A DNA stretch of 64,000 nt from Patescibacteria group bacterium (GCA_028718605.1 JAQULM010000002.1:257776-321775), one strand, 5' to 3'. Positions 49,205 to 59,869 are shown, counted from the first letter of the stretch. Notes: generated by a model not told the origin, from the letters alone. Program-made: numbers and translations.

Positions 49205-50362
49205 ATGCAAACAAACGCAGGGACAACAGTCGGAGGAGAAAAATACCTCAACTACAATTGCTGGCTGGTTAAGAATCTCAATTACGCTCCGTACCGGCGC
49301 TGCCAGTACTGCAAGTATCGGTTCCGCAATTGCCTGTTTCTGCAATACCAAATCGTCAGCGTCGCCCTGGCAGTAATTATCTTGCCCCTCTTTCTTCTGT
49401 TTGAAGGAAAAATTTCGGCGCTGGCGATTATATCCGTGTTCGCTTCGATCACGGTGTTCGGGTATTTTTTCAATAAAAGCACGGAAAAAATCATCAAAGC
49501 GCAATTCGCCCAGGAACAGGCTTCCCAAAAATTGAAGGAGCTGTCCGACATGCTGGAAGTGAAAGTCAACGAGCAAACGCAGGACATCATCGCAAAAAAC
49601 GCCCGCTTGGAAAAACTCCTGCAGGTCCGCTCCGAATTTCTGGACGTCGCCTCGCACCAGCTGCGCACGCCGGTTTCCATGATCCGGGGCGTGTTGTCCA
49701 TGATCCGGGACGGCGACCTAGAACATTTACCGAGGGACAAACAGGCGCAGTTCATCGAAAACGCCTGGCAAAAAGGAGCAAAGCTCGACATTATCATCAA
49801 TGATATTCTCGCCGCATCTGAATTCGACACGCAGACATTTATGGTTGATTCGAAAACGCCGACAATCTTCCTGGAAGACGTGGTTGACCAGGTCGTCAAG
49901 GGATTCCAGCTGGAAGCAGAACGCCGCAGCATTGAGCTCGTGTGGCACCCGCCGAAAAAACACTTCCCCAAGGTGAAAGGCCGAGTCAATTTCCTGGAAC
50001 AAGCAATCAGCAATTTAATCAGCAACGCGTTCAAATACACCCCCTCCACCAACATGGTGAAGGAAGCGAGGTCGCGGCGGGACAAGAAAGGCGTGGTGGG
50101 GGTAACCATAAATCAAGTGAAAAACAACATCGTTGTGGGGGTATCTGACAACGGCATCGGCATTCCCAAGGAAGAAATTAAAAAACTGTTCGAAAAATTC
50201 GTCCGTGCCTCGAATGCAACGGCCATGTATACGGACGGAAGCGGATTGGGACTCTTCATCGTGAGGGAAATTGTCGAGGGACACCATGGTAACGTATGGG
50301 TGGAAAGCGAACTGAATAAAGGATCCACCTTTTTCTTCAGTATTCCAGTTGTTAGTAATTAG
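49205..50362 (+). CDS. Sensor histidine kinase (HisKA + HATPase_c) with a Cys-rich N-terminal segment.
   Basis: H-box SHQLRTPVSMI. N-box NLISNAFKYT. G-boxes DNGIGIP and GSGLGL. N-terminal CxxxxxxxxxxxCxxCxxxxxC before the TM helices. Confidence 0.8.
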   Translation: MQTNAGTTVGGEKYLNYNCWLVKNLNYAPYRRCQYCKYRFRNCLFLQYQIVSVALAVIILPLFLLFEGKISALAIISVFASITVFGYFFNKSTEKIIKAQFAQEQASQKLKELSDMLEVKVNEQTQDIIAKNARLEKLLQVRSEFLDVASHQLRTPVSMIRGVLSMIRDGDLEHLPRDKQAQFIENAWQKGAKLDIIINDILAASEFDTQTFMVDSKTPTIFLEDVVDQVVKGFQLEAERRSIELVWHPPKKHFPKVKGRVNFLEQAISNLISNAFKYTPSTNMVKEARSRRDKKGVVGVTINQVKNNIVVGVSDNGIGIPKEEIKKLFEKFVRASNATAMYTDGSGLGLFIVREIVEGHHGNVWVESELNKGSTFFFSIPVVSN

Positions 50363-50408
50363 GCTGTTAGATTTTAGTTATTAGGTTATTAAGATACATG
50401 GGAATCCT

Positions 50409-50786
50409 ATGGATACAAAACTAAAAATCCTGCTCATCGAGGATGATACCGACCAGGTATTTCTTTATCAGAGTAAATTTGAGCTGGAGGGTTTTGAAAT
50501 GCTCTCCTCCCGATACGGATCAGAGGGGCTTCGGATTGCCGGCGAGCAAAAACCGGATATCATACTTCTTGACCTGGTGCTCATCGGTGAAAGCGGCCTG
50601 GATGTGCTGGCAAACCTGAAAAAAAACGCCCCCGTGAAGAATATCCCCGTGATAATCCTCACGAATCTGGAGCGTGACGACGCCAAAGCAAAAGCAAAAG
50701 AGCTGGGCGCCGCGGACTTCCTCACAAAAGCGAATATGATGCCGTCGGACGTAGTCAGGAGGATCAGGGAAATTTTGAAAAAGTGA
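50409..50786 (+). CDS. Stand-alone response regulator receiver domain (CheY-like).
   Basis: LLIEDD phospho-acceptor pocket, DLVLIGESG and conserved Lys region. No output domain. Confidence 0.8.
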   Translation: MDTKLKILLIEDDTDQVFLYQSKFELEGFEMLSSRYGSEGLRIAGEQKPDIILLDLVLIGESGLDVLANLKKNAPVKNIPVIILTNLERDDAKAKAKELGAADFLTKANMMPSDVVRRIREILKK

Positions 50787-51004
50787 CCATTCGCCAATAC
50801 GGACATCAATTGAGCGGCTCATGAAGCCTGCATCGTCTGTCCATGCATGATTCAAATTCCGGGGACGACAATGACACGAACGTGCTGTTCGCCATGCTGT
50901 TCATCGGCCCAGGGCTGCTGTTCCGGTACGCCGGTCCCAAGAAAAACGACCGCGAGACGCCAGAAGCCCGATTCGATAACAAAAAATAATTAACGCCATT
51001 TACT

Positions 51005-51817
51005 ATGAATATCCACAATAAGACAATCGTCATCACCGGCGCCGGCAGCGGTATTGGCCGGGCACTCGCGCTGTTGCTGCTTAAAAAAAACGCCAACGTC
51101 GCGGCTGTTGATTTGAACGAAAAAAGCCTGGCTGAAACCAAAAAGCTGGCCTACGAACAGGCTCATCATATCTCCACCCACGTGGTAAATATCACCGACT
51201 GGACAGCAGTCGAAACGCTGCCAAACGCTCTGATTGCCCAGCATGGAAATATTGACGGCCTGATCAATAATGCGGGCATTATCCAGCCTTTCATCAAAGT
51301 GAATACCCTTGATTACGAGGCCATAAACCGAGTAATGAGCGTCAATTTTTTCGGTGCCGTATATATGATCAAAACGTTCCTCCCCCTGCTCCTCAAGCGC
51401 CCCGAAGCGCATATTACCAACATTTCCAGCATGGGAGGCTTCTTGCCCGTGCCTGGTCAGAGCTTTTACGGGGCGTCAAAAGCGGCTATTAAACTACTGA
51501 CCGAAGGATTATACGCGGAATTAAAAGACACCAATGTTCATGTTAGTGTCGCCTTTCCCGGCGCTACGAATACCAACATCTCGGCTAATTCTGGGGTTAA
51601 TAGTCCGAACATGCCAGCTGGCGATACAAAAAAACAAAATATCCCCATGCAGTCAGCTCAAACTGCCGCCAAAATCATTCTTGATGGAATGGAAAAGAAT
51701 AAATTCCAAATATTCGTCGGCAGAGATTCAAAAATGATGAATTTCCTCTACCGGCTCAGCCCAGTATACGCAACGAACCTCATCGCCAAGAAAATGCGGT
51801 CGCTCCTGCCGGAATAA
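51005..51817 (+). CDS. Short-chain dehydrogenase/reductase (SDR) family oxidoreductase.
   Basis: TGAGSGIGRA Rossmann motif. NNAG. YGASKAA catalytic motif. Confidence 0.8.
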   Translation: MNIHNKTIVITGAGSGIGRALALLLLKKNANVAAVDLNEKSLAETKKLAYEQAHHISTHVVNITDWTAVETLPNALIAQHGNIDGLINNAGIIQPFIKVNTLDYEAINRVMSVNFFGAVYMIKTFLPLLLKRPEAHITNISSMGGFLPVPGQSFYGASKAAIKLLTEGLYAELKDTNVHVSVAFPGATNTNISANSGVNSPNMPAGDTKKQNIPMQSAQTAAKIILDGMEKNKFQIFVGRDSKMMNFLYRLSPVYATNLIAKKMRSLLPE

Positions 51818-51829
51818 AAGGTCGAATCT

Positions 51830-51868
51830 AAAACCGCCCCGTCGGATGACAGGGCGGTTCTGTTGTTG
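51830..51868 (+). terminator. Bidirectional terminator formed by a hairpin-repeat family member.
   Basis: AACCGCCCCGTC-GGAT-GACAGGGCGGTT, flanked by T-runs on both strands. Confidence 0.5.
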
Positions 51869-51888
51869 CGTTTTTTCGCGTATACGGT

Positions 51889-52716
51889 TTACTGCGCTGA
51901 CATCGTGATCGGAACTGACTCCGCCTCAGTGCCATTCACGATTAGTCTGAGATTGTACGAACCGGCGGCGGGAGGAAGGCTAAAGCAGCAGGAACCGTTA
52001 GAACCTTGCTGCAAGTTACTGTGCTGGCTCTGCCCTTCGACATCTGCGCCTGTGCTGTCGGTAAAACTGTGCGCGAACGTTGTGCCAGCAGCAAAATTAC
52101 CGGTAACGCTCAGGCCGAACAGGTCGCCAACGGTAAAGCTGGTGGTGGTTTCATACATATCGGTCGGCGTAAATGTCGTTCCAGCGGGGATGCGCTGCAA
52201 TTCAACCTTCGTGATCTGGTTTGCAGCATTTGTATTTGAGCCAGCTGCGGCATTGGCATTCAACGCGGTATTCGCATTAGCCGCCGTGTTCGCATTGGTA
52301 CTTGTATTAATGACGGTAACGGCAATGCTGCCGCAACTGGTGTTGAGGCACGTGAGCTGGTAGGTGCCGCCCGGGTCGTCGAGGTTTATCCGCGTGCCAA
52401 ACACGCCATTCGTTGATTGGGTAATGCCTTTGAATTCGAAATCGACCGGCTGGCCATTGTCGGTGAGGCGGATTTCCATCGCATCGCCAGCATAAACCGT
52501 TATGGTTTTATAATTGAGCAGGCCGTTTACCAATTGAAGGCTGAATATCTTTGTACCGTTCTCTGTGGTATAGGGCGCTTCGGTGACCACCGTGTTGGTG
52601 TTTTTGTTTGCGTTGGTCTTTGGCGTATTCGACGTTTTCTTGCCGCAACCGGAAACGGTTATGGCAACAGCGATAATAAGAACCGGCACGAGAACATACC
52701 ATGGTTTCATTCGCAT
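51889..52716 (-). CDS. Lipoprotein with an Asn/Thr/Ala-rich low-complexity region.
   Basis: Signal peptide plus lipobox (ITVSGCG). Confidence 0.4.
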   Translation of the reverse strand: MRMKPWYVLVPVLIIAVAITVSGCGKKTSNTPKTNANKNTNTVVTEAPYTTENGTKIFSLQLVNGLLNYKTITVYAGDAMEIRLTDNGQPVDFEFKGITQSTNGVFGTRINLDDPGGTYQLTCLNTSCGSIAVTVINTSTNANTAANANTALNANAAAGSNTNAANQITKVELQRIPAGTTFTPTDMYETTTSFTVGDLFGLSVTGNFAAGTTFAHSFTDSTGADVEGQSQHSNLQQGSNGSCCFSLPPAAGSYNLRLIVNGTEAESVPITMSAQ

Positions 52717-52832
52717 ACGATGCCTCTCCTAATATTAATATTTAACAATACTACTCTATTCTACACTACATGCCGATTTTTTCAAAATAAAGGGCAACTA
52801 TAGTATACTGGGGGTATTGCGGAAACAATACT

Positions 52833-53168
52833 ATGCCAAGCATCATAACAAGCGCCTTCGAACACGCTACCGCCCGCACCTTCCTCGACGGCAGCACGCG
52901 GTTGGTCATTACTATTGGGAATCTGAAAATCGGCCGTGGCATTTACAGGCCCGGCTGGAAATGGTCGTTACACGCCGGCCCCCAGACCGGCAAGCCGTCC
53001 GAACGGCACGTCGGCTATGTCATTTCGGGCACGATGCGGGTACAGGGCACTGACGGCCACGAACAAACAATAGGCCCTGAAACGGCATTCGAGGCCGCGC
53101 CAGGGGCTGATGCCTGGGTTGTCGGCAACGAGGACTGCGTGGCGCTCGATTTTGAATTCATTCATTAA
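52833..53168 (+). CDS. Cupin-domain protein.
   Basis: Small beta-barrel pattern (GYVISGTMRVQGTDGHE...WVVGNEDCVALDF). Confidence 0.5.
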   Translation: MPSIITSAFEHATARTFLDGSTRLVITIGNLKIGRGIYRPGWKWSLHAGPQTGKPSERHVGYVISGTMRVQGTDGHEQTIGPETAFEAAPGADAWVVGNEDCVALDFEFIH

Positions 53169-54136
53169 TGTTGAATCCTATGAACGTGCGCAGTGCTGTA
53201 CGACGAATCGCGGTAGCCTGCCTCCCCTGCTTGATGGCTGTCATCATATCGGGGTGTGGCAGCAAAACCGCTGCCCCGACGGCTGCTAACCAAACCAACG
53301 CCGCGCGCGAATCAGAGGCGGGATGGCAGGAACACGGCGCGGCGATCACCGGCGAATACGCTGACGCCGAGATCACTCCGCTCGGCGACGGCCGGTACCG
53401 CATGTACTACTCGGCCGAACCGGAAACAGCAGGCTTCCAAGGCCAGGTGTATTCGTCTGTCTCGACTGACGGCATCCGCTGGGCCCAGGAGGAAGGCGTA
53501 CGGAAATCGTGGGCCATATTCCCCGACATCATTACCCTGGCGGACGGAACGTACCGGATTTACTTCCAGAATGCCGGCAGCATCAAAAGCGCGCTCTCCA
53601 CTGATGGAATGACCTGGGCTGACGAGGACGGCGTGCGGATTGATACGAGCGAAACCGGATATGCTCTGGACACTGTTGGAGCACAAACGACCACGCGGCT
53701 GGCGGACGGAACGTACGTGATGGTGTACCGAGGCACGATCAATGAAAAATACCAGACAACCGAGGAGATTCCGAATTCGACAACGCAACTTTTCTTTTGG
53801 GCGACGTCCGCAGACGGCCTCACATTTGAAAAGAAAGGTGTGGCAATCGACTCGAGGAATGAAACGCTCTACGGGCTCGCGGATGGCGCAGAATGGGCGA
53901 CATGGGACAATGCCGAGCTGCGCCTGTACTTCTGGAGCTACGCGGGCGTTTTCCATGTTGTCTTTTCCAATGGAGTATTTTCCGAACCAGTGTTTGACTG
54001 GACGAATAACACCGACAGCCGCGCCAAGTTCGCACCCAATCCGCCATGCGACCCGACCTTTGCGAAAATCAATGGGACGTGGTACATGTACTATGGCCAG
54101 CATGCGAAAGGCGTTTATTACGCAACATTCCAATAA
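53168..54136 (+). CDS. Lipoprotein with repeated DG-YR-Y blocks, probably a beta-propeller/GH-like fold.
   Basis: Lipobox IISGCG. Repeats DGRYRMYY, DGTYRIYF, DGTYVMVY and NGTWYMYY. Confidence 0.4.
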   Translation: MLNPMNVRSAVRRIAVACLPCLMAVIISGCGSKTAAPTAANQTNAARESEAGWQEHGAAITGEYADAEITPLGDGRYRMYYSAEPETAGFQGQVYSSVSTDGIRWAQEEGVRKSWAIFPDIITLADGTYRIYFQNAGSIKSALSTDGMTWADEDGVRIDTSETGYALDTVGAQTTTRLADGTYVMVYRGTINEKYQTTEEIPNSTTQLFFWATSADGLTFEKKGVAIDSRNETLYGLADGAEWATWDNAELRLYFWSYAGVFHVVFSNGVFSEPVFDWTNNTDSRAKFAPNPPCDPTFAKINGTWYMYYGQHAKGVYYATFQ

Positions 54137-54300
54137 CCTGCACCTCGAAGGGCGCTGCCTGATCAAAAGCACCACACCATCCCCCGTCTTCCCTCCCAAA
54201 CTTACAACTTTCTTCCTTTTTCAATACCCCCTTCCGGCAACGTAGTACCAAAAACCCTCTCCTCCTGGTTGATTAACTATTAACCACTGACAGCAATTCT

Positions 54301-54765
54301 ATGAAAGCCCTCATCATCTACGACTCCCTGTACGGCAACACGGAAAAAATTGCGCGTACGATCGGCGCCGCATTAGGTGGCGGCACTCGCGTTCTCAAAG
54401 TGAACGAAGCTTCTGCTGCTGAAACAAACGCATGCGAACTGCTCATCATCGGTTCGCCAACCCACGGCGGTAGGCCATCGCAGCCAATGCAGCAATTCCT
54501 CAACCAAATCCCCGCTGGTGCATTGACGAGCATCCGTGCGGCAGCATTCGATACTGGCAACACGCCCGAAGGCCAGGGTGGGCTCATCCGCATAGTCATT
54601 AAATTCTTCGGCTACGCGTCAAAGCGGATCGCCGGTATCCTCAAATCAAAGGGTGCGATAGCCGTCGCGGCAGAAACATTCTTCGTGCTCGGCAAAGAAG
54701 GTCCACTCAAGGACGGCGAGGTGGAACGGGCACAGGGCTGGGCGAAAAAACTTATAACACCATAA
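54301..54765 (+). CDS. Flavodoxin-like protein.
   Basis: MKALIIYDSLYGNTEKIA flavodoxin N-terminus. IGSPTHGG. Confidence 0.7.
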   Translation: MKALIIYDSLYGNTEKIARTIGAALGGGTRVLKVNEASAAETNACELLIIGSPTHGGRPSQPMQQFLNQIPAGALTSIRAAAFDTGNTPEGQGGLIRIVIKFFGYASKRIAGILKSKGAIAVAAETFFVLGKEGPLKDGEVERAQGWAKKLITP

Positions 54766-54777
54766 TCCAGGACGGCT

Positions 54778-55959
54778 GTGGATACATTTTCAAAAGACAA
54801 ACGGTACATCGCCCGTGAAAGCGCGCCAATCCCGCTCAATATCGTACGGACCGACGGCAGCTGCATGTACGATGCGCGGGGCAAACGCTACATCGATTTC
54901 TACGTCGGGTGGTGCGTTGGCAATATCGGATGGACGAACGCGCGTGTGCGCGAAGCAAGGCGATCCTTCCGGGGGCCGGATTATTTCAGCCCGACGTACG
55001 CGAACAGGCTGTGGGCTGATCTCGCGGAACTGCTGGTAAAAATTACGCCCGCGGGTCTCAATAAAATATACTTCACGACCGGCGGCACTGAGTCGGTCGA
55101 GTACGCACTCCAGGCGGCGATGTCGCATACAAAACGCGCTGAATTTATTTCAATCGAGGGTAGTTACCACGGCCACTCGATTGGTGCGATGAGCGTCGGC
55201 GACTCTGAATTCCGCAAACACTATTCGAACCTCCTCCCCCGCTGCCACAAGATCAAGGCGCCGCTCGACAGGAAAGCCGCGCAAAAAATCGTCCAGCTGC
55301 TTAAAGGCGGGCGCGTTGCCGCGTACATTTCCGAGCCTGTCGTTTGCAACCTCGGCGTTGAAATACCGACACGTGACTATTTCAAAACAGTCGCCCATGC
55401 GTGCAAACGGTACGGCACCGTACTCATCATCGACGAGGTTGCGACGGGTTTTGGCAGGACCGGCACGCTGTTCGGCGCTGAACACTACACGCTCAACCCG
55501 GACATTCTGTGCATGGCCAAGGGCCTGACCGGCGGATACAGCGTGCTGGGCGCGGTGGCGATGACAAACGCGGTTGCGAAATCAATGCAATGGAACTTCA
55601 GCTTTTATTCGACATTTGGCGGGCACCCGCTCAACACGGCGATCGCGCTCGAGAACGTGCGGTATATTATTAACAATAAAAATCAATTACTGTCGAACGC
55701 CAACCGGATCGGCGGATATTTCGTTCAGCGGCTCACGGCTATGGAATTTCGGCACCAGCCCGTAATCCACACGAAAGGCTTGGCGATCGGCATCCACTTC
55801 CCGAACACGGCGTACCCGAGCGCCATCAAGCGCCGCTGCCGCGAAAACGGGCTGCTCATCGCGGGCGCAACGCCCGAATCAATCATCATGTTCCCAGCGC
55901 TCAACCTGCCCCACGGGCTGGCGCGGGAAGGGCTCGATATTTTTGAGCAGTGCCTCTAA
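54778..55959 (+). CDS. Class III aminotransferase (acetylornithine/GABA/putrescine aminotransferase family).
   Basis: LIIDEVATGFGRTG and the PLP-Lys region MAKGLTGGY. Confidence 0.8.
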   Translation: MDTFSKDKRYIARESAPIPLNIVRTDGSCMYDARGKRYIDFYVGWCVGNIGWTNARVREARRSFRGPDYFSPTYANRLWADLAELLVKITPAGLNKIYFTTGGTESVEYALQAAMSHTKRAEFISIEGSYHGHSIGAMSVGDSEFRKHYSNLLPRCHKIKAPLDRKAAQKIVQLLKGGRVAAYISEPVVCNLGVEIPTRDYFKTVAHACKRYGTVLIIDEVATGFGRTGTLFGAEHYTLNPDILCMAKGLTGGYSVLGAVAMTNAVAKSMQWNFSFYSTFGGHPLNTAIALENVRYIINNKNQLLSNANRIGGYFVQRLTAMEFRHQPVIHTKGLAIGIHFPNTAYPSAIKRRCRENGLLIAGATPESIIMFPALNLPHGLAREGLDIFEQCL

Positions 55960-55973
55960 CTGACCACTGAAGT

Positions 55974-56165
55974 ATGCTTCTGCCAACGCGCCACGACATC
56001 AATCCCGGAACTCGGGTTGCGATCGTGCAAAAACAGGACCAACGCACCGGTAAATTGACACAAGGCACTGTCAGAGATATCCTAACAAAATCACCGACCC
56101 ACCCGCACGGCATCAAGGTGCGGCTCGAAACCGGCGAGATTGGGAGGGTACAAATGATTGTATAG
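55974..56165 (+). CDS. YwbE-like small protein (DUF2196).
   Basis: 63 aa. GTVRDILTKSPTHPHGIKVRLETGEIGRVQ pattern. Confidence 0.4.
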   Translation: MLLPTRHDINPGTRVAIVQKQDQRTGKLTQGTVRDILTKSPTHPHGIKVRLETGEIGRVQMIV

Positions 56166-56235
56166 TAGCCAACTAATAAAAGGGCTGTATACTATATATA
56201 ATCACTTTTAACTTTTAACATCGCGAAATAACAAG

Positions 56236-57423
56236 ATGGCAAACGACAATGGGAGCGGCAATGGCCTTGAACGGTATATGACCCGAGAGGAGTTTGAAAA
56301 GATCAAACAATTCGGCAAAGGGAAAGAAACTCCCTTTCTCGTCGTCAGCCTCTCGAAGGTTGCGCAGAAATACGACGAGCTGAAAAAAAACTTCCCGTAC
56401 GGCAAAATTTACTTCGCGATCAAGGCGTGCCCCATCGATGAGGTCATCTCCCTCCTGCACGCACGAGGGTCGTGCTTCGACGTCGCCTCGCCGAACGAAA
56501 TCGACAAAGTGCTCCGGCTCGGGGTCCCTCCGGAAAAAATCAGCTTCGGGAATACCATCAAGAAAGAACGGGACATCGCGTACGCGTACCAGAAAGGCGT
56601 CCGGCTTTTCGCCACGGATGCGCCGTCTGACGTTGAAAAACTCGCACGCCAAGCCCCCGGGAGCAAAGTGTTCATGCGGATCATGTGCGAGGGCGGGAAC
56701 GCGGACTGGCCTTTGTCAAAAAAGTTCGGCGCGCATCCTGATCTGATCTACAAAATCGCTCAGCGTGTGCAGGAAGCGGGATTGATCCCCTACGGCGTCT
56801 CGTTCCATGTCGGAAGCCAGCAGCGGGACATCGGCCAGTGGGACAATGCCATCGCACAAACTAAATACCTCTTCGAGTCCCTCAGAAAAGATAAAGGCAT
56901 CACCTTGCGCATGATCAACCTGGGCGGCGGGCTCCCGGCCAGTTACATCCAGCCGACGCAGCCGCTCACCACGTACGCCAAAGAAATTACGCGGTTCCTC
57001 CGTGAGGACTTTGGTGATAATATGCCTGAGATTCTCATCGAGCCAGGAAGAAGCATTATGGCCGAGGCTGGCGTTATCGTCACTGAGATCGTCATGGTCT
57101 CAAAAAAATCTACGTCCGCAAACATCAGCTGGGTATACTTCGACGCCGGCAAATTTAATGGGCTCATCGAAACCATGAACGAATCGATCAAATATCCCAT
57201 CTTCGTTGACGGCCCGAAATCAAAGGAAACCAAAGAAGTCATCCTTGCCGGCCCCTCGTGCGATTCTATGGACACCCTGTATGAAACCTACAAGTACAAG
57301 CTGCCGAAGGACATCAAGGAGGGCGACCGCGCATACGTCCTTTCGACGGGAGCATACACCGCTTCCTACTGTTCAGTTTTTTTCAACGGCTTCTCCCCAA
57401 TGAAGTTTTACGTGATGGATTGA
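56236..57423 (+). CDS. PLP-dependent Orn/Lys/Arg/DAP decarboxylase family protein (eukaryotic-type ODC fold).
   Basis: IYFAIKACP (PLP-Lys), FDVASPNE, FHVGSQ, GGGLP and the C-terminal GAYT motif. Confidence 0.7.
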   Translation: MANDNGSGNGLERYMTREEFEKIKQFGKGKETPFLVVSLSKVAQKYDELKKNFPYGKIYFAIKACPIDEVISLLHARGSCFDVASPNEIDKVLRLGVPPEKISFGNTIKKERDIAYAYQKGVRLFATDAPSDVEKLARQAPGSKVFMRIMCEGGNADWPLSKKFGAHPDLIYKIAQRVQEAGLIPYGVSFHVGSQQRDIGQWDNAIAQTKYLFESLRKDKGITLRMINLGGGLPASYIQPTQPLTTYAKEITRFLREDFGDNMPEILIEPGRSIMAEAGVIVTEIVMVSKKSTSANISWVYFDAGKFNGLIETMNESIKYPIFVDGPKSKETKEVILAGPSCDSMDTLYETYKYKLPKDIKEGDRAYVLSTGAYTASYCSVFFNGFSPMKFYVMD

Positions 57424-57454
57424 TCGTCGCAGCCGAATAGTAAGTTTTCCAACT

Positions 57455-57487
57455 CAAAAGAACTGCACCATGCGGGCAGTCCTTTTG
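57455..57487 (+). terminator. Bidirectional terminator between convergent genes.
   Basis: 12-bp stem CAAAAGAACTGC/GCAGTCCTTTTG. Confidence 0.5.
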
Positions 57488-57497
57488 AAAATGCTTT

Positions 57498-58638
57498 TTA
57501 CTGGTTGGCCGGTGGTTGTTGCGCTGGAGTGCCTGGCTTTTTCTTCCGCATGACCATGACGAGCACGATTACAATTACGAGCAGCAGCACAGCGCCGCCA
57601 ATGATGTAATACATCATCATCGAATCCTCATCCTCGTCATCATCGGTGGTTGCTGCCGTATTGCTGTTCCTATTCGCCGTAGCCGCCGTGGTGTTGGTGT
57701 TTGTATCCAACGGCGCGATAAGATTTTGGTTTACGGCTTCAGCGCTGTTGGTATTGGCATTCCCCGACGTTGCGGCATTCTGATTGACTGCCGTTACGCT
57801 GCCGTTGGTATTCGTTGCCGCCGGAGCCGCTATCACGAACTGATACTCGGCTGGCGTCTTCCCTAAGTAGAAATACGAAGCAACTTTTATAAAAACTTTG
57901 GCGCCACTCGTTGCCTGCACGGTGCTCGTAACGATGCTGCCTTCGTTGTTGCCTATCTGCGAGTCAACCTCCGTACGATTCGCATCATAGATGGCGAGCT
58001 CCACCTCCATATCGGTTGGTGGGGTCACGGTAACGATGTACGCACCATCCGCCGGTGGCACGAAGGCGAACATATCCGCCGTATCGGTACCGCCCTCGTC
58101 GTCGCCCGTCACGTACCCTTTCATCGTTCCGGCACTGACGCTCAGCGCGTTTTCGAACGTCGCTGGTGCATCCTGAGTGGTTCCCGCGTCGAACCGGTCG
58201 GTAATGGTGAGCGTCAGATTGTACGACGTTACGCCATCATCATCCGAAGCCAGTTTCAGGTAATACTTATATGTCGGCTGGTCGCCATTAACCAGCCAGT
58301 CAGCGGTAAGGGTAACCGACGTGTAGTTTGCGTCAAATTCCTCCACGACCTGATTCCGGTCCTGGTCGTACAGAGCGATCGTACTGATTGTCCCCGTCTC
58401 GATCGCGGACGTCAACATCGCCTTCGCGGTTACCTGCTGCCCCTGGCCGAGCGTCACATAGAAATACTGCGTTGTATCCCCGGTAATCGCTCCGCCAGTA
58501 TACGTACCTGCCTTGAGTTCGACGGCAGTATCCATGCTGCTTCCGCCGGTGATTGCTGCTGCATTGCAGTTCGCTGCTGAGAACAGAGCGACGAACGCCA
58601 TGCCAGCCACCGCCATTAGGAAGATTTTTTTTGCCATA
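57498..58638 (-). CDS. Cell-surface protein with PPC-like (pre-peptidase C-terminal-like) domains and a C-terminal TM anchor.
   Basis: Signal peptide. DTAVELKAGTYTG...QYFYV pattern twice. Asn/Thr-rich linker. C-terminal hydrophobic segment plus KKK. Confidence 0.4.
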
Positions 58639-58753
58639 GGCCTCCTGTATTTAATAATTACACGCATGATCATTATACGGTAGCGGCTGCCTCACCGTCA
58701 AATAAATTGTGCCGGTTCGCCAGCAGTGCGTTTTTCTGGTACCCTTACAAGCA

Positions 58754-59869
58754 ATGGTTACCATCAAGGAAATCAATACTCCTGATGAAATCAAGCAGTT
58801 CGTGATGTTCCCGTGGCGGATCTACGCGAATGACCCGAACTGGGTGCCACCGCTCATCGGTGAACAGCGCGCTTTTTTTAATCCCGAGAAAAATCCGTAC
58901 TATCGCCATTCAAAAGTATTGCTGCTCATGGCATATCGCGGGAACGAACCAGTCGGCCGGCTGTCAGTGCACGAGAACACATTGCATGTAAAAAAATACA
59001 ATGAAAAAGTAGGCTTCTTTGGATTTTTTGAATGCATTGACGATTTCGAAGTTGCAAAAGCGCTGTTTGATTACGCGAAAATTTGGCTCAAAAAGCTTGG
59101 GTATGAAAAGATGCGCGGACCGGCAAATTTCTCCGTCAATGGCGAGTACTCCCTGCTCGTTAAAGGATTTGACTCACCGCCCGCCATCATGATGACGTAC
59201 AACCCGCCGTACTATGAAACATTATTGACGCAGTACGGGTTCCAGACATCCCAGGAAATGTATGCGTACCAAATGTACACGGAGGCGGGGTTGCCAGAGG
59301 ACGTGCTCAAACGCGCAGCTGAAGCAGAGCGCAAACACCCGGAATTCATCGTGAGAAAAATGAGCAAGCTCCATCTCGACCGCGAAACAAAGATTGTCCA
59401 GGAGATTTATAACGAAGCGTGGAACGAAAACTGGGGCGCGATATGGTTTTCTGATGAAGAAATCAAGGCGCTCGCGAAACAATTGGTCCTCATCATAGAT
59501 GAGGATATCGCATTTATTGGAGAGGTCAATGGCAAGCCAATCGGCTTCTCGCTCTCAATACCGGACGCAAACCAGGCATTGAGAGTGGCAAATGGCAGGC
59601 TCTTCCCCTGGGGGCTCATGAAAATGCTCTGGGCAAAACGGCATATCAAAAACGTTCGTGTATTGGTTATGGGCGTGCTCAAGGCATACCGGCACCAGGG
59701 ACTTGATACTGTGTTCTACAAAAAAACGTATGAAGAGGGCCTGAAGAAAGGTTACCATGCTGCCGAGGGGTCGCTCGTAAATGAATCCAACACGCCCATG
59801 CGCCGGGTGCTGGAAAAGCTCGGGGCGAAAATTTACAAGACGTACCGGATGTATGATCTCACTTTTTGA
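58754..59869 (+). CDS. Large GNAT-family N-acetyltransferase-like protein.
   Basis: About 370 aa. GNAT-like core around VLVMGVLKAYRHQGLDTVFY. The start ATG at 58754 is preferred to the track's GTG at 58709. Confidence 0.45.
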   Translation: MVTIKEINTPDEIKQFVMFPWRIYANDPNWVPPLIGEQRAFFNPEKNPYYRHSKVLLLMAYRGNEPVGRLSVHENTLHVKKYNEKVGFFGFFECIDDFEVAKALFDYAKIWLKKLGYEKMRGPANFSVNGEYSLLVKGFDSPPAIMMTYNPPYYETLLTQYGFQTSQEMYAYQMYTEAGLPEDVLKRAAEAERKHPEFIVRKMSKLHLDRETKIVQEIYNEAWNENWGAIWFSDEEIKALAKQLVLIIDEDIAFIGEVNGKPIGFSLSIPDANQALRVANGRLFPWGLMKMLWAKRHIKNVRVLVMGVLKAYRHQGLDTVFYKKTYEEGLKKGYHAAEGSLVNESNTPMRRVLEKLGAKIYKTYRMYDLTF

